Shown: positions 17,371 through 27,788, counted from the stretch's first letter. The stretch: DNA of 51,707 bases from Saprospiraceae bacterium (GCA_020631635.1 JAHDGW010000001.1:1-51707), one strand, 5' to 3'. Numbers and translations: made by a program. Notes: generated from the letters alone by a model not told the origin.

Positions 17371-20300
17371 ATGAAGAACCTTCTCATTACCTTTCTAGCC
17401 TGTACCCTTTCTGTATTACAACTATCGGCACATAGTATCTCTCCCATTAAGATTAAAACCAAAGACTTATTAAATTCTGCAACACAAACAGATCGAAGTA
17501 TTGGATCTTCTTTTTTGATTGATGCGGGAGAATATCAGCTCGAAGCTAAGCGTAAAGGACTCCTTGAAAAAAAAGCTATAGAGATGTTTCCAAATATTCA
17601 GACATTCAAAGTTTATGATGAAGAGAACAATAGAAATGGTGCTTTAACAATCTCAGGAGATTATGTCAATTTATTTATCAAGGACGGTTCATATTCAGAA
17701 GTATGGGTTAATAATGGAGGAGCATACCTCGAAAAACAAAAAGGTGATCAAGCGCATCCTCATCAGTGTGGTTCCGATCACAGCATAAAAGGCCTTATAG
17801 AACAGTACTTAGAACCATCACCATCTCATAAAGAAAACGTTATAGAAAATGGAGACGTATTACGTACATATCGGTTTGCTATTGTTACCACGGGTGAATT
17901 TGTAGAACTCAATGGAGGAAGCACAGCAAGTGCAATGAATGTTGTAACCTCATCGGTAAATAATTTAGAAGTCATATATGAGGATGAATTAGCGGTAAAC
18001 TTCGAGTTACTCAATCCTTTTTTTTATACCAATTCAGATACCGATATTTTTACTCCAGATGAGGAAGGTGGAGACGGTAGAGTAGACCAAGCAGTAAATG
18101 CTGTCAGTATGCATTTTAATGTCAATAATTATGATATAGGTCACGTCCTTCATAGATCAGCTAGTGGTGACGGGTGGTCCAGTGGAGGGGTTGCTAGATT
18201 AAGCTCAGTCTGTCGTGAAAGTGGCAATCCTCATACCAAGGCTGGGGGTTGGAGTGGTTCATCTAACAATACTACGGTAGGATGGATTCAATTATTTGGT
18301 CATGAAGTAGGTCATATGTTCGGCGCTCAACATACCTTCAATGGAGACGGTGGTTCTTGTGATGATAATATTGGACAGACTACATCATATGAGATAGGAA
18401 GTGGTACTACTATCATGTCGTACAATGGCATTTGTGGTTCTGGTCAGAATATCCCTACCATCGAGGCCAACGATAGTTACTTTCATACTCATAGTCTGCA
18501 GCAGATGATTGCACATATGAATGGTGTAGGGTCTTGTGCAATGATGGAGCCAACACAGAATAGTATACCTATAGTAGAAGCTAATCCGTGTGATCTAAAC
18601 TATGTGATTCCTAAAGAAACGCCTTTTATCTTAGAAGGCTCAGTTGAAGATCCCGATAGTGATAATATACTATTTAGCTGGGAGCAATATGATGAAGATG
18701 GTTCAGCAACTCCAACTCAAGGATTCATTGGAGATTTTGCAGCGTTTTCACCTTTAGCGCCACTCTTTAGGAGTTATCCTCCATCTACAAGCCCAATCAG
18801 ATATTTTCCATCTGAGGATGTACTATATAATGACCCAAATTATGAGTTTGACGTATTGCCTAAAGTAGGTAGGACTGTAAACATGAGACTTACTGCGAGA
18901 GATCAAAATGAAGGTGGTGGTGCTGTTGGTATAGACAATGTCAGCATAGAAATATCTAGTAATGGGCCATTAGAAATATCTTTCCCTACAGGCGGAGAAA
19001 CCTTAATGGCAGGATCTTCTTATGATTTTGCTTGGAACACAAATGGTACAGACCCCTTATGCAATAATGTCAATGTAGAGTTATCGTTAGATGGTGGGCA
19101 AAATTATTCTTTGACTATCGCGGAAAATATAGAGTATAGTCAAGGTATGATTTCATTAGTATTACCGGAAGGATTAGTCAGTTCAGATAGAGCAAGGGTG
19201 AGAGTGATATGTGTGGATAACCCCTGTTATCAATTTTATGCCATTAGCCAAAGCAATATATCCATAGACTCGGATTGTATAGCTCAGGAAAGTTCTTTAT
19301 GTGAAAATGAAACAGAAACAATACCTCAGGGGTCTCCTGATCTAGATTTTGATTTATCCTATATTGCGGGAAATGAAGTTACAAGTATTGAAAGGACTAT
19401 TATTTCTACTTCTCCACAAGTAGAGCTTGCGGTATACAATACGACTCAGTCAGCATGTTCAGCACTGTCTAATATCCGAACAGAATCCGTAGTTATACAA
19501 GTAGGAGAAACGGGTACCTATGATTTTGATATGCAACATGATTTTGATGATGCTTTTAGTTTTTTCTCTTTACATACTAATGCAGACTATGACCCAAATA
19601 ATACATGTGCATCTTTTGTAGGGGCGGCCGCGAGAAGAGCTGATAGTACAGGTGGGTCGCTATTTAGGTTAGATCCTAGTCTAGAGCTAAATTCATGCAC
19701 AGAGTATCGTATAAATTTTCACACATATGGAGGAGTCGATATTGACGTTAGATTGAATAGTATATCAGGCCCTGGTAAAGTGTTTTATGCTGGTACTGAA
19801 GATACAGATTATAGCTACACATATGTAGCCATTGGACAATCTTCAGGGATTATTGAAGCTCAGAGTCCTACGGCTGACTTTACATCCCTTACACCTGATA
19901 CTTATAGAATTTATGGACTTTCTTATAAATCAGGAGGGGCAACTCCTCCGAATGTATTAGATCCTACAACATTAGTAGATAAGTCATTTTTAGAAATATT
20001 GCAGACAGGGTCTTGCCAATTGTTATCGTCTAACTATAAAGAAATAACCATAGAAACAAGTTGTTTTATAGGTAATGTAACTTTAGGAGATCAAACAGGA
20101 TGTAATCCAGCTGACAACACTTTTTCTCAAGAACTTACCATAGAGTATCAATTGCCTCCATCATCGGGAAATCTAGTCGTAAACGGACAAACCTTTCCTA
20201 TTGAAACAAGCCCTCAGACAGTCACTATTACAAATTTAGAATCGGATGGTATACCTAAAACTTTAATGGTCGGATTTGATGAAGATGCTTTTTGTGCAAG

Positions 20301-23300
20301 GACCATTGAAGGGTTTATAGATACTCCAGAAAACTGTTGTCCTATAGATTTTGATCTGGGAGAAGATAGGGGGTCTTGTCCAGGTGACATGATTATATTA
20401 GACGCAGGTACTGATGGTGAAACCTACCAATGGACATTAAACAACTCTGACCTAGCTATCAGCTCGAATCAATTATTGATTCAAGAAGAAGGTACATATA
20501 GTGTCACAGTAACTAATGGTACAGGGTGTCAAAAATCAGATAGAGTAACTATAACGTTTTCAGAAAACCCTTTTATACTGCCATCCCAAGATGCACAGAT
20601 ATGTGAAGATGAGTTTCATGGATTTACCGTTTCTTCTTCTGAGGACAATGTAGTCCTCTCTTTAGACGGTCAAGAAATACCGCCACTTAGTGGAAGTACT
20701 TTTCAAATTAATGAAGAAGGAGAATATATCATAGAGGTAATAAATGATTTTGGTTGTAGTGTCTTTGATACAATCAATTTGATAACAGACCCTGTCCCAG
20801 TCGTAGACTTGGGGGAAGATATTGAAGACTGTTTTGGAACAGAGGTAGTATTAAACGCAGGTATGGATGGAGTAGCATATCGATGGTTTAGATTAGGAAC
20901 AGGAGAATTATCAGAAACGGGACCGCTACTTGATATTACACAATCCGGAGAGTATTTTGTCACAGTAACGAATAGCCTACAATGTACTTCAATAGATCAA
21001 ATCTCCATAGATTTATTTGAAGCGCCTATCGTTTCATTTGTAGACGATGAAGAAGTTTCTTACTGTGATGAAGACGGTACTTTTATTATACAAATAGAAG
21101 ATCCAGACACAGACCTTACTTGGAATCTAGATGGTGTCGAATTTTCACCTACTGGAGGTAATTTTCATGTAACTACCGACTCTGGTCTTTTTACAATAAG
21201 CGGTACCAATCAGATCGGATGCGAAGTGATAGATTCTTTACAACTGAATAAAGTAGCCACTCCAGATTTTTTCTTAGGTGATGATATTATAGCATGTATA
21301 GATAGCGAGGTCATATTAAGTACGGACTATGAGGCAGACGCTTATGAATGGACTCAAGCAGGTACAGGAGGGGGCGTCTTGAGTACTACACAAGAGCTTA
21401 CTGTCACTAATCCAGGCACATATGTATTAACTGCTATCAATGGAGGTATATGCTCTGGGTCTGATGGAGTGTTTGTCAACTTTGTGCCTGGACCTACATT
21501 ATCTGTATCTGATGATGAGTCATTTTGTGAGGGAGGTTCTGCCACACTAGTTGCTACAACGAATGGAGATAATATACAATGGCTCAAAGATGGAGTGGAG
21601 ATTCCTGGAGCTACAGATCTAGAACTTGAAGCTACAGAGTCAGGCACCTATACCGCAGTCGTTGGAGGAGTTACCGATTGTGAAGCTACCGCTAGTAGTG
21701 TCGTTGAAGTTTTTGAGCTTCCCAATGCAGATATCGACGGAGAAACCATTGTTTGTAATGGAAGTATGGTCACCTTATCTGCAGTCAATACAGGCACGGA
21801 CGAGGACTACCAGTTTTTATTAAATGGATCTGTTATCAGTACCGCCCCTCAACAATCATCGATTGAAGTAAGTGAGGCAGGTACTTATAGTCTTATCGTA
21901 ACTAGTAGTAACAATTGTACATCATCAGATGAAATAATCGTTACTCAGGGTCCTGCATTGACGCTATCAGGTGATGCATCCTTTTGTGAAGGAGACATGT
22001 CTACGCTCACTGCCACAACAACCGAGTCATCCGTTGTTTGGAGCTTAAACGGTAATGTTATCAATGGTGAAACGAGTACAACCTTGGAGGTAACCGAAGC
22101 AGGAGTATATACTGCAGCGGTAGAGAGTGATGGTTGCGAAGTTACACAGATGTCAACCGTAACTGTAAATGCTCTACCCATACTCGACTTAGGAGAAAAC
22201 CAAGGTATCTGTGATGGTGAAAATTATACACTTGATGCCAATACGGGAAATCCCGGTGATCAATACCAATACCTCAGAGATGGAAATGATCTTGGTATAA
22301 GCCCTAATCAGAGCTCTATCGAAATTTCTCAAGAAGGTACCTACCAAGTAATTGTAACCAATAGTAATAACTGTAGCAATTCTGCTAGTGTGGTTGTACA
22401 GGTAGGGCAAAGCCCTACATTAGCTTTAGATGGTGCTACAGAATTTTGTGATGGACAATCTACCACCTTGACTGCCACGTCAAACGCATCTACTTACCAA
22501 TGGTCATTAGATGGAGAACTACTATCAGAAGCTGGTAGTGAAATAGAAGCTACTTTATCAGGAACATATAGTCTGATCGTGAGTTCTACGGAAGGATGTA
22601 CGGCACAATCACAGATAGCCGTGCAGGCGGTAGGAGCTCCTGATATCGAATTGGGAGACGATATTAATTTATGTCCGGGCTCCTCTATAGAAGTATCAGC
22701 AGGAGTACATACTACATATGCTTGGTCGACGGGAGAAGAAACATCTAGTATTTTGATTGAAAATCCAAATGAAAATATTCAATCGAGTATTACTTACAGT
22801 GTTACGGTTACCAACAGTGCCAATTGTCCAAGCGAAGATCAGATCACTGCAGTTTTTGAACCAATCGTCGAGGGCTCTGTAAGTTTAAGTGCAGAAGGTG
22901 CATGCCCTGGAGGGGAAATCACACTGACAGCATCAGGAGGACTTTCTTATCAATGGGATAATGCCGATGGGACTCTTTCTGGTACTCAAGGAGCAGAGGT
23001 CATCGCGATGCCAGACGCTACCACAACCTATACCGTAACCATATCAGATGACTGTCCCAACAATGAAGATATCGTCATGGTAGAAGTACCGATAGTCACA
23101 CCAGCTAGTGTGACGGCAGGACCTGATACATGTATTGTTGAAGGTCAAGAATACGAAATGATGGCCTCTGGGGGTGCATTCTACGATTGGGATAATGAGA
23201 TGACAATTGTAGGCTCTGATGAGTTAGCTAACTCAGTAGTTATGCCAGAAGAGACTACGGTGTACACAGTTATGATAATAGACCCTAATGGATGTGAGTT

Positions 23301-23610
23301 TGAAGATCAAGTTGAGATCTGTGTCGTAGATGATCCGATTGCTATCTTCAAAGAAATATCCATCATCACACCTAATGATGATGGTAAAAATGACAACTTA
23401 CGTTTTCCAGGTTTAGAAGGTTATCCAGATAACACTATACAGATATACAATCGTTGGGGTAATCTTATCTATGAAAAAGACGGCTATCAAACGGATGAAG
23501 AGCGCTGGAATGGTACATTTGGAGGGGATGCTTTACCACCCGATACCTACTACTATGTATTGAAATTTGATACATATACTTTTAAGTCATCGATCACTAT
23601 TGTCCGGTAA
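17371..23610 (+). CDS. Giant secreted reprolysin-like (M12B/metzincin) zinc metalloprotease with 13 Ig-like modules and a T9SS type B (CHU_C, gliding-motility-associated) C-terminal domain
   Basis: Signal peptide MKNLLITFLACTLSVLQLSA (alternative starts at 17347 and 17359). HEVGHMFGAQH at 18301-18333 fits HExxHxxGxxH, with a Met-turn candidate GTTIMSY. Tandem Cys-framed modules span about 20335-23330. C-terminus is ITPNDDGKNDNLRFPGLEGYPDNTIQIYNRWGNLIYEK...PPDTYYYVLKF. Confidence 0.9.
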   Translation: MKNLLITFLACTLSVLQLSAHSISPIKIKTKDLLNSATQTDRSIGSSFLIDAGEYQLEAKRKGLLEKKAIEMFPNIQTFKVYDEENNRNGALTISGDYVNLFIKDGSYSEVWVNNGGAYLEKQKGDQAHPHQCGSDHSIKGLIEQYLEPSPSHKENVIENGDVLRTYRFAIVTTGEFVELNGGSTASAMNVVTSSVNNLEVIYEDELAVNFELLNPFFYTNSDTDIFTPDEEGGDGRVDQAVNAVSMHFNVNNYDIGHVLHRSASGDGWSSGGVARLSSVCRESGNPHTKAGGWSGSSNNTTVGWIQLFGHEVGHMFGAQHTFNGDGGSCDDNIGQTTSYEIGSGTTIMSYNGICGSGQNIPTIEANDSYFHTHSLQQMIAHMNGVGSCAMMEPTQNSIPIVEANPCDLNYVIPKETPFILEGSVEDPDSDNILFSWEQYDEDGSATPTQGFIGDFAAFSPLAPLFRSYPPSTSPIRYFPSEDVLYNDPNYEFDVLPKVGRTVNMRLTARDQNEGGGAVGIDNVSIEISSNGPLEISFPTGGETLMAGSSYDFAWNTNGTDPLCNNVNVELSLDGGQNYSLTIAENIEYSQGMISLVLPEGLVSSDRARVRVICVDNPCYQFYAISQSNISIDSDCIAQESSLCENETETIPQGSPDLDFDLSYIAGNEVTSIERTIISTSPQVELAVYNTTQSACSALSNIRTESVVIQVGETGTYDFDMQHDFDDAFSFFSLHTNADYDPNNTCASFVGAAARRADSTGGSLFRLDPSLELNSCTEYRINFHTYGGVDIDVRLNSISGPGKVFYAGTEDTDYSYTYVAIGQSSGIIEAQSPTADFTSLTPDTYRIYGLSYKSGGATPPNVLDPTTLVDKSFLEILQTGSCQLLSSNYKEITIETSCFIGNVTLGDQTGCNPADNTFSQELTIEYQLPPSSGNLVVNGQTFPIETSPQTVTITNLESDGIPKTLMVGFDEDAFCARTIEGFIDTPENCCPIDFDLGEDRGSCPGDMIILDAGTDGETYQWTLNNSDLAISSNQLLIQEEGTYSVTVTNGTGCQKSDRVTITFSENPFILPSQDAQICEDEFHGFTVSSSEDNVVLSLDGQEIPPLSGSTFQINEEGEYIIEVINDFGCSVFDTINLITDPVPVVDLGEDIEDCFGTEVVLNAGMDGVAYRWFRLGTGELSETGPLLDITQSGEYFVTVTNSLQCTSIDQISIDLFEAPIVSFVDDEEVSYCDEDGTFIIQIEDPDTDLTWNLDGVEFSPTGGNFHVTTDSGLFTISGTNQIGCEVIDSLQLNKVATPDFFLGDDIIACIDSEVILSTDYEADAYEWTQAGTGGGVLSTTQELTVTNPGTYVLTAINGGICSGSDGVFVNFVPGPTLSVSDDESFCEGGSATLVATTNGDNIQWLKDGVEIPGATDLELEATESGTYTAVVGGVTDCEATASSVVEVFELPNADIDGETIVCNGSMVTLSAVNTGTDEDYQFLLNGSVISTAPQQSSIEVSEAGTYSLIVTSSNNCTSSDEIIVTQGPALTLSGDASFCEGDMSTLTATTTESSVVWSLNGNVINGETSTTLEVTEAGVYTAAVESDGCEVTQMSTVTVNALPILDLGENQGICDGENYTLDANTGNPGDQYQYLRDGNDLGISPNQSSIEISQEGTYQVIVTNSNNCSNSASVVVQVGQSPTLALDGATEFCDGQSTTLTATSNASTYQWSLDGELLSEAGSEIEATLSGTYSLIVSSTEGCTAQSQIAVQAVGAPDIELGDDINLCPGSSIEVSAGVHTTYAWSTGEETSSILIENPNENIQSSITYSVTVTNSANCPSEDQITAVFEPIVEGSVSLSAEGACPGGEITLTASGGLSYQWDNADGTLSGTQGAEVIAMPDATTTYTVTISDDCPNNEDIVMVEVPIVTPASVTAGPDTCIVEGQEYEMMASGGAFYDWDNEMTIVGSDELANSVVMPEETTVYTVMIIDPNGCEFEDQVEICVVDDPIAIFKEISIITPNDDGKNDNLRFPGLEGYPDNTIQIYNRWGNLIYEKDGYQTDEERWNGTFGGDALPPDTYYYVLKFDTYTFKSSITIVR
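20335..23330 (+). repeat. Tandem array of 13 diverged 75-85-aa Cys-framed Ig-like modules (protein-level repeat)
   Basis: Each module starts with a (L/D)G(E/D)D..C.G or SxDxxFC(E/D)G motif, followed by ...L.A......YQW/W.L.G..., and ends ...G.Y.v.Vt...gC...d.i.V. From module 6 on, the FCEG...TLxAT type and the LG..xxIC.G type alternate. Confidence 0.65.
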
Positions 23611-23629
23611 TCACCAAAAGGTAAAAATC

Positions 23630-24550
23630 ATGAAAAATCTAATAATTACACTTTCACTTTGCTTTTTTACAATTTGTACGATCTCTGCGCAGCAGATAGG
23701 ATATGCTAGTCAGATGAATGAGACAATGTCTTTTTGGAATCCGGCAGCTACAGCACCTACAACTTTAGTCAATACAGATTTCTTCTTTAGGCAGCAATGG
23801 GCAGGGTTTAGTGGAGCACCTCGTACGGCGTATGCAGCAATTCAATATCCTTTTGTAGACTACAATATGAGTGCCGGTGCCTTCCTATTTAATGATAAGA
23901 CAGGCCCCGTAGGACGTACTGGTATTAAATTGAATTATGCGTATAAGCTTAGGGAGTTTTTAACAAACGAAGGCTTACTGAGCTTTGGTTTATCTGCAAC
24001 ACTCCAGCAGTTTGCTTATAATGGTAGTGGTCAAGTATTTAATGAAAACGATGACCCTCTGATCTTAAATGGAAGCAATAGTACTTTCTTCCCCTCTTTT
24101 GGTGCGGGTTTATATTTCAATACACATCCGATAGATTATGACCGTGGTCAAAATTCGTTCTACTTCGGCCTAGCTTATAATCATGCATATACAACCAACG
24201 TTCTACTCAATGATGCCAATTTTGCTCGAGAGCGACACATGTATCTACTCATAGGAGGTAAGTTTATGAGTTATGAAAGTTTTATAGAACCAAGTTTTAC
24301 AGCTAATTATGTCAATCCTGAGATCATAGACTACATGATGTCTCTTAAGTATGAAAAAGAAGATGCTTTCTGGGCTGGAGTAGGATACAGCAGTGTTAGT
24401 GACGCATCACTACAAGGAGGAGTAATCCTCGACCGATTTTTAGATAATAGATATGCTAAGTTACGTGCTGGTGCATTGGCCAATTATGGCAATAGTGATC
24501 TTGGGCCTGGCTTTGAGTTATTTATTCGATATGAGGTGGATATCGATTAA
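23630..24550 (+). CDS. Type IX secretion system membrane protein, PorP/SprF family
   Basis: Signal peptide MKNLIITLSLCFFTICTISAQQ, then IGYASQMNETMSFWNPAA (family pattern Q...fSQy......NPA) and beta-barrel-like alternation through to the C-terminus. It starts 20 nt after the type B CTD gene. Confidence 0.88.
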   Translation: MKNLIITLSLCFFTICTISAQQIGYASQMNETMSFWNPAATAPTTLVNTDFFFRQQWAGFSGAPRTAYAAIQYPFVDYNMSAGAFLFNDKTGPVGRTGIKLNYAYKLREFLTNEGLLSFGLSATLQQFAYNGSGQVFNENDDPLILNGSNSTFFPSFGAGLYFNTHPIDYDRGQNSFYFGLAYNHAYTTNVLLNDANFARERHMYLLIGGKFMSYESFIEPSFTANYVNPEIIDYMMSLKYEKEDAFWAGVGYSSVSDASLQGGVILDRFLDNRYAKLRAGALANYGNSDLGPGFELFIRYEVDID

Positions 24551-25179
24551 TGGGTTTAAAGTTATATAAACTACAAGCCTGTGTAGAAACTCTACAAGAA
24601 GCCATATTAGCAGAGCAAAAAGGAGCTGACGAAATAGAATTGTGTAACCGATTAGATTTGGACGGACTTACTCCAGACTCTGATCTCGTAAGACAAGTCT
24701 TACAAGCCATCAATATACCAGTACATGTGATGATACGACCCCGTGATGGTGGTTTCGATTATACAGAAGAAGAAGTTCTACAAATGGAGCTATCTATCAC
24801 TACATTCAACGCTCTTCCTATCGCAGGAATGGTAATAGGAGCATCCAAAAATAATCAGATTGATATCCGTTTATTACAACGACTTACCTCGAAAATAGAA
24901 CGACGACTAATAGTTACAATTCACAAAGTCATCGATACAGTCACAGACCCAATCGCATGCATAGAGCGCATGAAGGCAGATCAGCTCAAGGTAGATCGTA
25001 TCCTTACAAGTGGAGCAGCGTCAACGGCTGAGCAAGGAATTTCCAAACTCTTAGAAATGAAGGCAGCTACTGAGGGTTATTGTAAAATTATAGCAGCGGG
25101 TAAGATTACGAGTGATAATATAGATCAACTCCATCAGCACATATGTCTTAATCTTTATCATGGTAGGCAAATTGTTTAA
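24550..25179 (+). CDS. cutC: Copper homeostasis protein CutC
   Basis: LQACVETLQEAILAEQKGADEIELCNRLDLDGLTPD...IPVHVMIRPRDGGFDYTEEE matches the CutC pattern. Its ATG shares one base with the PorP/SprF stop (TAATG). Confidence 0.9.
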   Translation: MGLKLYKLQACVETLQEAILAEQKGADEIELCNRLDLDGLTPDSDLVRQVLQAINIPVHVMIRPRDGGFDYTEEEVLQMELSITTFNALPIAGMVIGASKNNQIDIRLLQRLTSKIERRLIVTIHKVIDTVTDPIACIERMKADQLKVDRILTSGAASTAEQGISKLLEMKAATEGYCKIIAAGKITSDNIDQLHQHICLNLYHGRQIV

Positions 25180-25390
25180 ATCAAAAATCTTCTTGTAATG
25201 CTCATACCAATCGAATTGAAAAATGTAGTATTCAAGGCTTTTCGAAATAGGTAAATCTCGCCTCGTCGAAGCAGTTCTGGGTATAAACTATAGTCATAGA
25301 TTAGCTACGACCTTCTTATAGCTTTATGAACTCAATATGTATTTAGTTAAGTTGGTATAATACCGCTTATAATGTAAAATGGTATAAGTT

Positions 25391-25864
25391 CTATTCTTTA
25401 AGCAACTCAAAAATGACTACCATTTCCAACGTATTATTTGATGTAGTTTCCGTTAATGTTATCTGCGTAGCATTCTGAAAACTGTTTTTCGTTTCATCTC
25501 CAAATGTAATATCAAATGAGCGAGTGCCAATTATTAGTGTAAATTGATCGATTTTGGTAAATCCACTGTTTACCCTTTCATGATTAAGTACATAGGATTC
25601 GCTACCCATATATGTCCCAGTGGATAAGGAATACTCATAGCTTAGCTCACGTTCTAAGAAGTTAAAAAAACCTATTGGCATATCGTTTTCAACTTGAGAT
25701 ATATTAAAAGTCCCTTGTGAAAGTATTTCATTTTCTATTTCAACGATCTTTCCAATGGTCCAGTATCCCTCTAAGGAATCAAGACCATCATCTATAGGAT
25801 TACTGCAGCCAACAAAAAGCAACAAAGAGATGGTGAGAAAAAAAATGAACTGGACTTTTATCAT
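25391..25864 (-). CDS. Hypothetical lipoprotein
   Basis: Signal peptide with lipobox (LLLFVGCSN). 157 aa. No family recognised. Confidence 0.65.
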   Translation of the reverse strand: MIKVQFIFFLTISLLLFVGCSNPIDDGLDSLEGYWTIGKIVEIENEILSQGTFNISQVENDMPIGFFNFLERELSYEYSLSTGTYMGSESYVLNHERVNSGFTKIDQFTLIIGTRSFDITFGDETKNSFQNATQITLTETTSNNTLEMVVIFELLKE

Positions 25865-25918
25865 GATTAGATGTTTATCCTCGTTAAGATATCAAATTAT
25901 TCCCCGTATTTTACTCCT

Positions 25919-27313
25919 ATGCTAAACAGAAAGAACTTCCTCAAAACGATATTAGGTGCAGGCATGGCTAGCAGCCTAAACCTATCATCTCGTACCAATG
26001 TCAACCACGACATACTAGATGAGATTGCCAAGTACTCGCGATCTACGAGCGGCAGCATGTATGGGTATCAAGACGAAGCCATTGATAAAGTAAGAGTCGG
26101 TATTATAGGTTTAGGAAATCGGGGCTCTACCTTACTCCAAATGTTTAGATATAATGTTGAGCAAGGTGACTGTGAGATCGTGGCACTAGCCGATAAGGTA
26201 GAGAACAAAGTAAACAAAGCCGCAGAAGAATTATCCTCCTTCCAAAAGAATAAAGCGAGATCATATGCTGGCAGTGAAGATGCCTGGAAGAAAATGGTAC
26301 ATCAAGATGATATCGATCTAGTGCTCATCACGACGCCATGGAGCTGGCATACGCCGATGAGTATATATGCGATGGAGCATGGTAAACATGTGGCTTGCGA
26401 AGTACCGATTGCCTATACACTATCCGATTGTTGGGACCTAGCAGAGACTGCCGAGCGGACCAAGCGGCATTGTATTATGATCGAAAACTGCTGCTACAAT
26501 GATGAAGAGCTTTTCGTACTCAATATGATTGAAAAAGGAATATTCGGAGACCTTACACATACCGAAGGTGCATATATACACGACCTAAGAGCGCATATGC
26601 TTAGCGAAACGTACTATGAAGATCAATGGCGAATCCAGCATCATGCCTCCCGTGATGGTAATTTTTATACCACTCATGGCTTAGGTCCCATAAGCACATA
26701 CTTGCACTTAGGAAGAGGAGACGAACTCGACTATCTTACTTCAATGAGCAGCCGGGAACTCAATTTGAGTCAGACTGCCAATAGCAAAGGATCTCCATAT
26801 ACCGATATCAAATGCGGAGATATGAACACCACGATGATGAAAACGAAAAAGGGTAAAACCATCATGTTACAGTTTGATGTGCATACCGCAAGTCCATATT
26901 CTAGGATCAATAAGGTGGTAGGCACTAAAGCCGTACATCAAGGCTACCCGAGCAAATTGTATATAGATGATGGCGAGCTGCTCTATTGGGGTCATAAATG
27001 GTTAGATGAGGATAAGTATAATGAGTATAGAACTGAATATCGTCACCCGATGATCAAAAAGTTGAAAACCATCAGCGAAGGGTTTAAGCAAGGGCATGGA
27101 GGTATGGACTTTGTGATGATCTATCGATTAATCAAGTGTCTCAATTTGGGATTGCCGCTAGACTTCAATGTCTATGACGGTATCTCGTGGAGTGCCGTGA
27201 CACCACTATCAGAGCTATCCGTGGCTAGCAGTAGTCTGCCGGTACCTATACCAGATTTTGCAAAGGGTAAAGGCTCGGTAGCAACACCATTGGAGATTAT
27301 GAGGGAGGTGTAA
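25919..27313 (+). CDS. Gfo/Idh/MocA-type NAD-dependent glycosidase, GH109-like (alpha-N-acetylgalactosaminidase family) with Tat-like signal
   Basis: NRKNFLKTILGAGMASS signal, Rossmann block VRVGIIGLGNRG, and blocks TTPWSWH, ENCCY, GHGGMDF and IPDFAKGKG that parallel remembered GH109 blocks (SSPWEWH, ENVCY, GHGGMDY, IPDFTNGKW). Confidence 0.78.
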   Translation: MLNRKNFLKTILGAGMASSLNLSSRTNVNHDILDEIAKYSRSTSGSMYGYQDEAIDKVRVGIIGLGNRGSTLLQMFRYNVEQGDCEIVALADKVENKVNKAAEELSSFQKNKARSYAGSEDAWKKMVHQDDIDLVLITTPWSWHTPMSIYAMEHGKHVACEVPIAYTLSDCWDLAETAERTKRHCIMIENCCYNDEELFVLNMIEKGIFGDLTHTEGAYIHDLRAHMLSETYYEDQWRIQHHASRDGNFYTTHGLGPISTYLHLGRGDELDYLTSMSSRELNLSQTANSKGSPYTDIKCGDMNTTMMKTKKGKTIMLQFDVHTASPYSRINKVVGTKAVHQGYPSKLYIDDGELLYWGHKWLDEDKYNEYRTEYRHPMIKKLKTISEGFKQGHGGMDFVMIYRLIKCLNLGLPLDFNVYDGISWSAVTPLSELSVASSSLPVPIPDFAKGKGSVATPLEIMREV

Positions 27314-27354
27314 AATATACTTCTAAATCAGTTTTTCTTTTTGTTTTCGATGCT

Positions 27355-27738
27355 CTACTCAATAGAAAGCATGCCAGCATGATTGACGTGCACAGGTCTA
27401 TTCATTGGGCTGTTGATCTCTAGCTGTTCCCATGCTGTACCCTCTATACCCATCAGCGTAAGCATATCATTGCTATAGTCTAATTTGATTTTGAATGGAG
27501 CAAGGGTAATGTCTGAAATATCTCTTTCTTCACCATCCTCTAACATACCCTGAGCATCTATGGTAGTTGATTTATCCATATTGGAAATACTCAAATTTCG
27601 CCATGCACATCCCATAGTGCAGTTGAGCTCAATACCAGTCTCATTGCGATTGATTATGATATCATATCCCGCTATGTCATTCTGAGAATACAATGAATAA
27701 CTAACAACTGAGATGATCAAAACAAACAAGTACTTCAT
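27355..27738 (-). CDS. Small secreted hypothetical protein
   Basis: The internal Met gives a signal peptide MKYLFVLIISVVSYSLYSQ. The track extension to 27810 overlaps the upstream gene. Confidence 0.6.
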   Translation of the reverse strand: MKYLFVLIISVVSYSLYSQNDIAGYDIIINRNETGIELNCTMGCAWRNLSISNMDKSTTIDAQGMLEDGEERDISDITLAPFKIKLDYSNDMLTLMGIEGTAWEQLEINSPMNRPVHVNHAGMLSIE

Positions 27739-27788
27739 AACACAAATTATAATTTTCTGTAATATAAGATATTCTAAGGAATAAAAAA

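Noticed and set aside
19212-19220. A third perfect DnaA-box 9-mer (TGTGGATAA).
   Set aside because: It is an isolated copy inside the coding sequence (codons CVDN) with no neighbouring boxes or AT-rich tract, so it is most simply a chance occurrence.
17826-22410. ORFs inside the metalloprotease gene: - strand at 17826-18014, 20703-20963, 21354-21647, 21945-22181 and 22189-22410, and + strand out of frame at 21626-21823.
   Set aside because: They overlap a 6.2-kb ORF with strong protein signatures and are shadow or out-of-frame ORFs.
20335-23330. Periodic repeat structure as a possible CRISPR array or DGR variable region.
   Set aside because: The periodicity of about 240 nt is at the protein-module level, inside one ORF, with diverged DNA. 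There are no short identical direct repeats with unique spacers, no cas genes, no reverse transcriptase, and no template/variable repeat pair.
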